A stretch of 64,000 nt of DNA. Origin: Terriglobia bacterium. Its GTDB lineage: Bacteria; Acidobacteriota; Terriglobia; UBA7540. The notes under the pieces were generated by a model. It was given only the letters and a program-made list of their open reading frames with translations, was not told where the DNA came from and searched no databases. This document shows, in pieces, positions 9,903-18,415 of the stretch. The translations under genes and the position numbers were made by a program. The stretch is from the NCBI GenBank assembly GCA_036278555.1, contig DASUKV010000083.1, positions 1,073-65,072 on the forward strand. Direction: 5' to 3'. The first letter of the stretch is position 1, and every line of letters begins with the position of its first letter.

Positions 9903-10718
9903 ATGGTCGTAGCGGCGGTGTTCTTCGTGTTGTTTTCGGTGGAGATGGTTAAGGCCAGGACGCGGCGGCAGGCCTTCGCGGTCTTGCTCGCAGGTAGTGT
10001 GGCCGCGATGGTCGTGGCGCCGCGCCCGGTGGGGGCGCAGGGAAGTCTGATCGGCGCGATCCAGGCGGTACTCAATGTGATCAATGGCGTCATTCATACC
10101 GCGCTCACCTCGATCGAGAGCGCGCGGAATGCACTCAACCAGTTGTATCAAGTAAGGCTCTGGCCGCAGCAGCTGATTAATCAGGCACGGGCGATGGTGA
10201 CGCAGATGATCTCCCAGTACCGGACCGCCATGTACAACATTGTCCACTTGAACCTTGCGAGCGCCACCCTGCCTGCTACCCTGGCCCTTGAACAGGTTGT
10301 CCGCGACGGCCAGACCAGCGACTTCAGCACGCTCGCTACGAACTATGCCAACGTCTATGGTCCGGTGCCAGGCGTGAGCTCGGCGAGCCCTTACGACCAG
10401 AACATGACCGACATGGACGACGCGCTGAGCCAGGACACGCTTAAGACGCTTAAGGAAAGTGACGCGGCGGACACACTGACCTTGGGCGTGGCCAACCAGA
10501 TCGAGAACGCAGCCTCGCAGTCGGCGCCGGGCTCTGCGCCGTTCCTGACGGCGACGGCGGTGGTGGGTGCGATCCAGTCGCAGGCGGTCACGCAGAAGAT
10601 GATTGCGGCCGATCTGCGGCAGGAGGCAGGAGCACTCGCCCATCGTACAGCACTCGAAAAGCAGGGAGCGTCAAGCGCGACGAGCCTTGCGAACGCGCTA
10701 ATGAAGCTGTTGCAGTAG
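9903..10718 (+). CDS. VirB5/TrbJ-like secreted helical protein (paralog 1)
   Basis: Signal peptide, Gln/Ala-rich helical sequence, located between virB4 and virB6. Confidence 0.55.
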   Translation: MVVAAVFFVLFSVEMVKARTRRQAFAVLLAGSVAAMVVAPRPVGAQGSLIGAIQAVLNVINGVIHTALTSIESARNALNQLYQVRLWPQQLINQARAMVTQMISQYRTAMYNIVHLNLASATLPATLALEQVVRDGQTSDFSTLATNYANVYGPVPGVSSASPYDQNMTDMDDALSQDTLKTLKESDAADTLTLGVANQIENAASQSAPGSAPFLTATAVVGAIQSQAVTQKMIAADLRQEAGALAHRTALEKQGASSATSLANALMKLLQ

Positions 10719-10734
10719 GCGCGAAGGAGAAACG

Positions 10735-11550
10735 ATGAAGAGACTGATTACCGGAACATTCAGCAGCGCGATCACGTGGATTCAAAGCCATAGGCTGAGA
10801 GCGCTGTGCCTAATCTTGATGCTCGCGATGCTTTGGCCGCGGCCGGTGAGGGGCCAGTTCCTGGATCCCTGCTGCGCGATCATTGCGGCGGGCCTCTCAA
10901 CGATTTCAAAGACGCTCACGAACATTGTCGGTGGCGGCCTGAACCAGATCCTCGCGATAGATCAAAACATCTCGACCTTCGAACAGAAGGTGGTGTGGCC
11001 GGTCAATCTGATCAACCAGGCGCGTGGGCTGGTGGCGAGCCTTGGCGGAACTTACCATCAGATTCAAATTCTGACGAGCCAACCTGTCGCGAGTGCCACG
11101 TTAGGAGTGCCGCGGCAGCTTGAACAAAACCTTCTGTCCGCCAACAGCACTCAGATTCCAAACACCACCACTGACTATACGGCGGTCTACGGCGCCGTGC
11201 CGCCGAGCACCGAATCCTCGCCCGCGGTGCGGAACATGGTGGACATGGGTGACGCCGTGGCCCAGGACGCGATGAAGCGCGCGATAGAAATCGACAACTT
11301 GGCGAACCTTGAACTTCAGGCGGCTAACCAGTTGAATCAAGCGATCCAGAACGCCGCCCCAGGAAGCGCCCCAATCATCGAGGCGCAGGCGGATGCGTGG
11401 CTGGTGCGGGCAAACGCCTACACCCAGGCGGCGACAGCAGACCTGATGCGGGTGCGGGCGGTCGGGCTTGCGAACCAGGGAGAAAACATGAAGCTGGGAG
11501 CTTCGGCGAGCAGTGCGATGGTCCACAAGCTCGAGAACCTTCTGAAGTGA
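10735..11550 (+). CDS. VirB5/TrbJ-like secreted helical protein (paralog 2)
   Basis: Shares WP..LINQAR, ASATL, VYG.VP, NM.DM.DA..QD and APGSAP with 9903..10718. Confidence 0.55.
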   Translation: MKRLITGTFSSAITWIQSHRLRALCLILMLAMLWPRPVRGQFLDPCCAIIAAGLSTISKTLTNIVGGGLNQILAIDQNISTFEQKVVWPVNLINQARGLVASLGGTYHQIQILTSQPVASATLGVPRQLEQNLLSANSTQIPNTTTDYTAVYGAVPPSTESSPAVRNMVDMGDAVAQDAMKRAIEIDNLANLELQAANQLNQAIQNAAPGSAPIIEAQADAWLVRANAYTQAATADLMRVRAVGLANQGENMKLGASASSAMVHKLENLLK

Positions 11551-11562
11551 AGAGGTAAAGGG

Positions 11563-12780
11563 ATGTATTACCAGACGTTATTTAACGGTGCGCTCGCGGG
11601 TGTCAACAGTTCGGGCCTGATGCCGGGAATTATCAAGATCGCGTCGGTGATCCTAATAATCAGCCTGCTGTATTCCGTCTACACCGCCTACACAGCGGGC
11701 GGCGATGTCAGGATCCTGGGAACAGCGGCGATCAAGTACCTGATCCTGGGCTTGGTGTTAGTGAACTATGCGGCAGCATTCGGGGACGTCAACAACATGT
11801 TCAACGGCGTGGCCAATTATATCGTGCACACAGGGCCGGGGATTAGGGATGTGTTTGAATCGTGGGGGCAACAGATCGCCCTGTACTGGCATAACTCACA
11901 CGGAGTTCTTGGAGTCCTTTCTTTTATTTACCACTTAGCAGGAAACGCCGCCGCCGGATTTACAGGCGCGATCCTGGTTGTCGTCGCTTTCCTTCTTTAC
12001 CGCATTGCGTACTTGTTGTTCGCGCTCTTCTACACGGTCTACGGGGCCATCCTTTACGTGTGCGGGCCGTTTGTGCTGGCGCTGATGCCGGCGACAGGGA
12101 TCGGGCAGATCAGCCGCACGTATCTGATCAACCTCATGATCTTCAATGCGTGGGGGCTTATCTATGCGATTTTATCCGAACTGATCTATGCCCTGCACAT
12201 GAGCGACGTGAATACGGTGCTGAGCAACGGCAGTTATCTCAACCTCACGGTCACAAATCCGATGGTGATCTTGGGGGTGGCCAGCCTCCTTTACGCGATC
12301 ATGATTGCGTTGATCCCCTACATCGCAAGCCGGATTGTGCGCGGCGATGTGGGCGGGACTCTGCTGACCGTCGCCGGCGCTGCGTTGACAGCGGCGACGG
12401 TTGCGGCAAGCGCCGCGGGCGCCGCGTTGATGGGAACAGGCGGCGGGTGGTCGTATGGGTCTCAGATAGCAGGAGGTGGTGGAAGTCATGGGGGCGGCGG
12501 GGGTGGGGGCGGACAGGGTGGTGGAATCAGCGAAGGCGCAGGCGGCAGAAGCGTTGATGCTTCGCAAAGCTCGTCGTCCACTCCCCCTCCGCCGCCTGCA
12601 AGCAGTTCAGGTAACGGAGGGGGACGGCGTGGCATTCCGCCGCCCTGGCAGCCCGGCTACAACATGCCCGGTCACCGGCCTGCCTTCAACTTCACACACG
12701 CCGCGAGCTGGTATGGAGGATATGCCGCTCGGGCTGTATATAACCGCATGAAAGGGAGCAGTGGCGATGAACAATCCTAA
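11563..12780 (+). CDS. virB6: VirB6/TrbL polytopic membrane protein
   Basis: Multiple TM segments, 'ILYVCGPFVLALMP' motif, Gly/Ser-rich C-terminal tail typical of TrbL. Confidence 0.78.
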   Translation: MYYQTLFNGALAGVNSSGLMPGIIKIASVILIISLLYSVYTAYTAGGDVRILGTAAIKYLILGLVLVNYAAAFGDVNNMFNGVANYIVHTGPGIRDVFESWGQQIALYWHNSHGVLGVLSFIYHLAGNAAAGFTGAILVVVAFLLYRIAYLLFALFYTVYGAILYVCGPFVLALMPATGIGQISRTYLINLMIFNAWGLIYAILSELIYALHMSDVNTVLSNGSYLNLTVTNPMVILGVASLLYAIMIALIPYIASRIVRGDVGGTLLTVAGAALTAATVAASAAGAALMGTGGGWSYGSQIAGGGGSHGGGGGGGGQGGGISEGAGGRSVDASQSSSSTPPPPPASSSGNGGGRRGIPPPWQPGYNMPGHRPAFNFTHAASWYGGYAARAVYNRMKGSSGDEQS

Positions 12781-13516
12781 GTCGAAACCAACGAATCCGG
12801 AGATCGCGTCGTACACAAAATACTACGAGCATGACGGGCTCTTACGAGCCTATGCGAATCGCGCGTGGCTTGCCGCCATTCTCTTTGGTGTGATTGCGCT
12901 CGGGTCATTTGCCTTTGCGGCCTACGTCCGCATGCAGCCGCCGACAGTCATTCGCGTCGACAAGGATGGCAATGCAACGGTGGTGGGAGGAGCTCGCATG
13001 TTGCCCCCGCATTTTCCCTCGGCTTTTTCTGCCGGTGACGCGAAGGCTGCCGCGCCCACTGATCTTGAAGGCAAGGCGCTGGTTCGGCGGTTCCTCGACG
13101 ACTACCTCATCTACACGCCGGATTCGGTTGACCAGAACTTTTCCGCCGCGCTGAATGTGATGACCGCTAATCTGCGAACTTATACGCTCAACAAGCTCCG
13201 CACCCAGGACATCGTGGGAAAGATCCAGCAGGACCACATCATTTCGGACTTCCGCATCCGGTCGATTGAGCACGTCAAGAACACGCCGGGGACATACATG
13301 GTTTTTGGGGTGAATGAGGTCCACCGGCTCATGGAGGGGACGGAGACTACGGACCGGATTGTGGGGCAATACACAGTGCGGCTGGTCGAGACGGCACGAA
13401 GCGACATGAACCCGAGCGGGCTGTTGGTTGGAGAGTTCAATGCTCAGGAGATGATGGGCCAGCGGGACACGAGCTTAGACCAGCAGAGCGCTTTCGACCC
13501 GGGAGGAGGGAACTAA
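12767..13516 (+). CDS. virB8: VirB8/TrbF family protein
   Basis: Single TM, 'PTVIRVDKDG' motif, NTF2-like body, C-terminal 'NPSGLLVGEF'. Confidence 0.82.
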   Translation: MNNPKSKPTNPEIASYTKYYEHDGLLRAYANRAWLAAILFGVIALGSFAFAAYVRMQPPTVIRVDKDGNATVVGGARMLPPHFPSAFSAGDAKAAAPTDLEGKALVRRFLDDYLIYTPDSVDQNFSAALNVMTANLRTYTLNKLRTQDIVGKIQQDHIISDFRIRSIEHVKNTPGTYMVFGVNEVHRLMEGTETTDRIVGQYTVRLVETARSDMNPSGLLVGEFNAQEMMGQRDTSLDQQSAFDPGGGN

Positions 13517-13662
13517 CAAGTTATCGCCGCATCGGGGCGGCGAAGCCCGCCAGGGGCAGCCTGGCAAATTCATAACTTCAGCGGCTCGCCTGAACCAGAG
13601 ACTATCTGGCGCGGATGTGAGATCCCTTGCTACGGGCGAGCCGCAGAAAGGAGCAAGGAATT

Positions 13663-13980
13663 ATGCCTGCTGAAGTTGCGGTAGCGGAACCCAAGGGACC
13701 ACAAACGGCTGTTCAACATCCCGCCCGGCGACGCCCTGCGCAAGCGGAACCCGAGGGTGAGGTTGCGGTGCGATACTTTCTGGCTGGGAAGGAGATGAAT
13801 GGAGGAAGCCCCTCGCTTGGCCGCGAGCTTTCGAGCGAAAACGATGCGCTGGTTGAATCTCTCAAGACAGGAGTCAATTTCTACGCGGTGTCGGAGTACC
13901 GGGCGGCGCCCGACATGAGCGGCAAGGCGCCGTTGATCAGAAAAGAGGCGGTAAAGAAAGCAGTGAAGAGTGACAAGTGA
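13663..13980 (+). CDS. Hypothetical protein
   Basis: ATG after AGGAG/AAGGA; coherent 105-aa ORF. Confidence 0.6.
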   Translation: MPAEVAVAEPKGPQTAVQHPARRRPAQAEPEGEVAVRYFLAGKEMNGGSPSLGRELSSENDALVESLKTGVNFYAVSEYRAAPDMSGKAPLIRKEAVKKAVKSDK

Positions 13981-14071
13981 CGAAAGCAGTGACAAGTGAC
14001 GAGTGATGAGCAAGCAACATCGGCAACCCATCGCTTTTTGCTTGTCACTTGTCATTCGTCACTCGTCACTT
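13962..14071. repeat. Inverted array of 7-bp tandem repeats (AGTGACR)n forming a hairpin
   Basis: agtgacaagtgacgagtgatgagcaagcaa (13988-14017) is imperfectly complementary to ttgcttgtcacttgtcattcgtcactcgtcact (14038-14070). Confidence 0.8.
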
Positions 14072-14238
14072 AGGCTTTATAAATCATGAAGCGTTCCGCA
14101 GGCTCTTAACTGTGGATGAGTTGTAACAGGCGGCTTCGGGAGAGTTCCGAGCCGGAAACGCAATCTCCGGTCCGGAAAGCAGAAGCCGCTACGAGCGGAC
14201 TCCTTCTTTCCGGGCTTTAACGACCGAGAGGAGGAGCA

Positions 14239-14421
14239 ATGAATCGAGTCGCGATCGTTGTCGTGGCGGTGATCTCGTTATGGACCGGATCGATGATTGA
14301 TCCGGAGAAACTCGAGTACCTGATTGTTGGAGCGATCTTCACTCTGGCAATCGAAGGACTGGTAAGACTCATGATCGGGGTGGCGCGGAAGGTCGTGAGA
14401 CCTAAAGTTCACCACGTCTGA
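14239..14421 (+). CDS. Small two-TM membrane protein
   Basis: Strong RBS GAGGAGG; hydrophobic 60-aa ORF. Confidence 0.6.
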   Translation: MNRVAIVVVAVISLWTGSMIDPEKLEYLIVGAIFTLAIEGLVRLMIGVARKVVRPKVHHV

Positions 14422-14553
14422 TAACTGAATAATGGCCCGGTCGCATCGCTTGACCCGGCCGAAAACGAAACCTTTTCGGCACGGACGAGCGATGAGACCG
14501 CATGCGGCCTCCCCTCCGTCCGTGCCGCCATACACAGAAAAGGAGAAGAGGCC

Positions 14554-17196
14554 ATGCCACAAAATGAGAAAAAGAACGTTCTGCCCGTGCTGCAGCTCGA
14601 AATTGAGCGGACGGGCAAGCTGAAAGAAAAGGTGCTTGACTTGCAAGTGACCATTTCCAATACGCTGCTCGAAGCGCTCTATCCGGGAATTAAGGTGGCT
14701 ACGGTGGACCTTCCCCGGGAACCTCTGAGCGACTACGAAAAGTCTCAGGTCGTGCAGGCGCTGGCGCATCTGGAGTTCGGTGGGATGCGCTATGCCTTGG
14801 TGGGAGCTTCGAGCTCGGCCAAGGACGGGAAATTCTACGCGGTGGAGCAATGTTATGAAAAGGCCATCCGCGAGCGCTTCCAGGCGACTGCTGAGTCTGC
14901 CGTAGTGTATTTCGGCATTCTCGTCGGACCCTGCAAGTCCCTGATCCAGGTTCCCGAGTGCCGCGTCCTGGTGGTTCGGGACTCGGAGCTTGGGACGAAT
15001 GACTGCCGGGGATGGATTAAGCGGTCGTTGTTTGACCGGCTGAATCTTCCAGGCGGGCGGTTCTATCAATTTCGCCTGGCGTTTGCGAAAACGCAGGCCA
15101 AGGGCAGCTTTAAGGTCATGGAAGATGATGTGGCGGAGCTCGTTGAAGCCGACATCATTCTTCCCACCTCTTCGGTCAAGCCCGAGTACCAGGGGCCGTC
15201 ACGCCTGTCGCGCTGGCTGCATGGGGACGCGCAGGTGTTCACCGGTCCGGTCGTGCTTGGCATCCGCGAAGTTTCCCGTGAGCTTGAGTTCGGGTCAAGT
15301 TACACCCTGCTCGAGCATGCGCCACGCGAATCGTTTGAGCAGGAGATCAAGCCGTTCACCGTGGACCAAGTCCGGAAACTGAAGCGGGGGGTCGAAGAGA
15401 ATGACCTGGAAGCACTCTTGAATCTCCTGGGTTCTTCCGAGGCGCAGCGCGAGGTTGAGAGCGGGATCGTCCACGACCCTGAGTACACCTCGGTTGAAAA
15501 CACGACCCTTGAAGCGGTCCTCAAAGCTGATGGCAGCGGGAGCATGATCTATTTCCCGTGGGTCAGGGATCAGCTTCAGCGGCGTCTCGCGGAGTGGGCG
15601 TTCAAGGCGACGACGGCGGGAGGGCTATCGTTCCCGGCGTTTGCGCTGGCCGATGATGGATTCCTCGTCGCGCACGCGGGCGAGGTCTATTGTTCTGCCG
15701 ACTGGATGCCGCGAGATTCCGCCTATACCCGGCTCATGTCCGAAAGGCTCCTCATCGTCCGCTATCCAATTCGGACGAAGGAGGATTTACTGCCCGTGAA
15801 AAATAAGGTGACGGGCGACATGGCGCCGTTGCTCCTGAAGCGGCTGCGGGATGCGGGCTGTCCCATGGCGGAGGGCGACATCATGGAAAAGATCCTGATG
15901 CGCCAGCTGCGGCTCGATGGGACGCTGGCCCTGCATTCCGAGACGGCGAAACGCAATGGAGGCGACTACGATTTTGACACGATTTGTGTGGTCGAGTCGG
16001 AACGCTTCCCCAGATTCGTCGAAGACCGCTTCAACTACCAGGAGCATTTCACCAACACAAAACAGAAATTGCCTAAGAAGAAGAGCGCCTGGTTTACGTT
16101 AGCGGCCGTCGCGCTCGATGCGATGGGCAATTCGATTGGGTCAATCACAACGCTCAAGACGCGGTGTCTGGCGGCGGGGCGCGTGGAGCTTGCCGAGAAG
16201 CTGGCGGTCGAGCTTCAGGCGGCGCTCGATCAACTGAAGCACGGGACTCGCCCGAACTTCAAGCTGATCAAAGCCGTCCGCGATGAGGTTTCAGGCGCGG
16301 CGTGGCTGAAGGCGAAGGAAGCGCAGCGCGTCTCGGAGCTTCCGATGGGTGTTGAGGCGCCTGCGACGGACGTGATTGGCCAACTCTATAACGCCGTCCG
16401 TCCGGAGATTGAAGAACTCTTCACTCAGGCCAAACGCATTCGTGACTATCGCGGGTTGGTTGCTTATGGCACCTATCCCGAGCGAATGTTCACGGAAGCA
16501 CACAAACTCTGCCGCATGTATGCGCAGCGGCTCGGCGAAATCCACGAGAAGCGCAAAGTTCTGGAGAAGGCTGTCGAGGAAGCAACCATGGCGCTTGAAG
16601 GCTGGAAGGAGCAGGACGGCCCGCAGGCAAAGTGGAACCTGACTTTTCGGCTCAACCAGGCAAAAAGCGCTCTCCACCACTGGGAGAAGGACCGCAAAGA
16701 ACTCAAAGCAGTCATCTCTCACATTCAGAAATGGGGTCGCAGCCGGAAGGGAGACCGAAGGTTGTGGCTTCAGGCGCTGTTTGATGCGGCAGCATCGGGC
16801 GACGGGAACGGATCGGTCGTCTTCTACGCCTTGCCCCAGGAGATGGTCAACGCCATCTCGGAACGGACAGGGGGAAGACCGATCGCTGTGGCGCTTCCTG
16901 ATCTCGCTGACGGAGAGGTTGAGATTGACGAGGATGGACGTGTTTATCTCATCTCGCCGAGCCTCGACGGGAAGCCGTACCAACGGTTGCTGTTCCAGGG
17001 CCAGGTGGCTCCGGATGGCAAAGTGCTGGCCCACCCGAACGGCAACGGCCAGTGTGCTGTCGTCAAAGAAGTGCATCCATTTCCCCTTGCGCCTGGGCGA
17101 GGGGAGGCACGGAACGGGAAAGTAGTCTTTCCCAACATCGTCCAACGTCCCCAGGTGCATGTTAATTCGTCCCGGCTCCAAGCCAAAGGCGCTTGA
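14554..17196 (+). CDS. Putative single-subunit two-barrel RNA polymerase (cellular RdRP / YonO-like)
   Basis: Motifs in RdRP order: TNDCRGWI (~DG.G.I), FYQFR...AKG (~FQ.R...KG), IVRYP (~RxP), NGGDYDFD (~GGDxDGD; nt 15964-15978), NSIGSIT (~lG.I.N), AALDQLKHG (~AVD..K.G). RBS AAGGAG. Confidence 0.75.
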   Translation: MPQNEKKNVLPVLQLEIERTGKLKEKVLDLQVTISNTLLEALYPGIKVATVDLPREPLSDYEKSQVVQALAHLEFGGMRYALVGASSSAKDGKFYAVEQCYEKAIRERFQATAESAVVYFGILVGPCKSLIQVPECRVLVVRDSELGTNDCRGWIKRSLFDRLNLPGGRFYQFRLAFAKTQAKGSFKVMEDDVAELVEADIILPTSSVKPEYQGPSRLSRWLHGDAQVFTGPVVLGIREVSRELEFGSSYTLLEHAPRESFEQEIKPFTVDQVRKLKRGVEENDLEALLNLLGSSEAQREVESGIVHDPEYTSVENTTLEAVLKADGSGSMIYFPWVRDQLQRRLAEWAFKATTAGGLSFPAFALADDGFLVAHAGEVYCSADWMPRDSAYTRLMSERLLIVRYPIRTKEDLLPVKNKVTGDMAPLLLKRLRDAGCPMAEGDIMEKILMRQLRLDGTLALHSETAKRNGGDYDFDTICVVESERFPRFVEDRFNYQEHFTNTKQKLPKKKSAWFTLAAVALDAMGNSIGSITTLKTRCLAAGRVELAEKLAVELQAALDQLKHGTRPNFKLIKAVRDEVSGAAWLKAKEAQRVSELPMGVEAPATDVIGQLYNAVRPEIEELFTQAKRIRDYRGLVAYGTYPERMFTEAHKLCRMYAQRLGEIHEKRKVLEKAVEEATMALEGWKEQDGPQAKWNLTFRLNQAKSALHHWEKDRKELKAVISHIQKWGRSRKGDRRLWLQALFDAAASGDGNGSVVFYALPQEMVNAISERTGGRPIAVALPDLADGEVEIDEDGRVYLISPSLDGKPYQRLLFQGQVAPDGKVLAHPNGNGQCAVVKEVHPFPLAPGRGEARNGKVVFPNIVQRPQVHVNSSRLQAKGA

Positions 17197-17210
17197 GCCG
17201 GGGCCTAACT

Positions 17211-17240
17211 CCAGGGAGCCCCGCCCGGCGGGCTCCCTGG
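17211..17240 (+). terminator. GC-rich hairpin after the polymerase-like gene (possible terminator or processing stem)
   Basis: ccagggagcc...ggctccctgg forms a perfect 10-bp stem; there is no U-tract. Confidence 0.45.
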
Positions 17241-17275
17241 AACCCTGACGTTCTGCCGGGCAGTTGGAGGCCAAT

Positions 17276-18127
17276 ATGAAAGCGTTTCTGATCATTGTCG
17301 TGGTTCTCGCGCTCAGTCTGCCGCTATCGCTTTGGGCGCAAACTATTGAAACGCGCGCCTCGGGCGAGAGCCAGATCGTGCGCGTCCGAACCGCGCTCAA
17401 TCACCTTACGGTCATTCAACTCGCGGAGCCTGTCTTGTCGGTGGCGGCGGGAAGCGAAGCGTTCAAGGTTGAGTGGCGGGGCAACAAGGTGTTTGTCGAA
17501 CCGACAGAGGCAGGTGTCTCAACCAATCTCTTTATCTGGACAAAGTCAGGTCGCGAGAACTACGAGCTCGAACCGGCAGGCGCCGTCGCAAGCATGGACT
17601 TTGCGATTGACACCCCGGCGGCTGATCCTCCGCCAACGCCTAAACCGACGGCGAAAGTGAGAAGTTTTGGTGATCCGGTGAAGCTGGCCGCCGAGGCGAT
17701 GCTGGGAGGCACGCCCGTCCGGCAGGAGTGCTGGAAAGCACAGAAGCATCGCGTGCAGGTGTGCGTGCGCGACCTGTTTGAGCAGAAGGGCGAGCTCTAT
17801 GTCCGCTACTCGATTGAGAACGGAACGAAGAAAGTGTATCTCCCAGGAACGCCACAGGTCGTTCGGATTGAGCCAACCATTTCCGCTGCTGTGCTGGGAA
17901 GGCACGCCTACACGCAGTTGAGCGGCGAGGCGATGAAAAACCTGCGCGCTCACTCCGAAGCTTCGATGGCGGTTGTGGCGCACGAGGCGCGCACTGCAGC
18001 GGTCAAACCGGGCGAGGTATGCGTAGGGATGGTTGCCGTAAGACTGGATGGGCACACCCCGGCGGTCGTGAGGCTCGAATTCACGAACGAAGCCGGCCAT
18101 CCGGTTGCGGCCGAATTTGTGATGTAG
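17276..18127 (+). CDS. Second VirB9/TraK-like periplasmic T4SS protein
   Basis: Signal peptide; 'NHLTVIQLAEPVLSVAAGSEAFKVE...VFVEP...TNLFIWT' aligns by eye with 240..1283. Confidence 0.62.
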   Translation: MKAFLIIVVVLALSLPLSLWAQTIETRASGESQIVRVRTALNHLTVIQLAEPVLSVAAGSEAFKVEWRGNKVFVEPTEAGVSTNLFIWTKSGRENYELEPAGAVASMDFAIDTPAADPPPTPKPTAKVRSFGDPVKLAAEAMLGGTPVRQECWKAQKHRVQVCVRDLFEQKGELYVRYSIENGTKKVYLPGTPQVVRIEPTISAAVLGRHAYTQLSGEAMKNLRAHSEASMAVVAHEARTAAVKPGEVCVGMVAVRLDGHTPAVVRLEFTNEAGHPVAAEFVM

Positions 18128-18151
18128 GAGGGGAGGAATGAGGTCAGCGTT

Positions 18152-18409
18152 ATGTGGCGCAGTGAAGATCGAGCCTCGTGGCTGAAAGATGAGGAAGGAG
18201 AAGCGGCACAACAAGAGCGCGGCCTGGCCGATTACCTTGAGGCACGGCCTGAGTGCGGGCTTGGCCGCATGCTGGCGGACCTGGCGCTCGCGCCGCCGGA
18301 CCCGTTTAAGTCCAAGGCGCGGCGCAGGGCAAGGAAAGGCTTTGTCATCACCGTCCTTACGCTTGTCGCCTTTGTAGCGTGGTTCGCTTGGTTCAACCTG
18401 ATTCGCTAG
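18152..18409 (+). CDS. Small protein with C-terminal TM helix
   Basis: Co-oriented ORF in the operon with a hydrophobic C-terminus. Confidence 0.5.
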   Translation: MWRSEDRASWLKDEEGEAAQQERGLADYLEARPECGLGRMLADLALAPPDPFKSKARRRARKGFVITVLTLVAFVAWFAWFNLIR

Positions 18410-18415
18410 GGAGAG

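Noticed and set aside
12421-12640. Gly/Ser/Pro low-complexity G-rich run
   Set aside because: Normal TrbL/VirB6 C-terminal tail.
13962-14071. Possible CRISPR array
   Set aside because: Units are 7 bp, contiguous and inverted, with no spacers and no cas genes.
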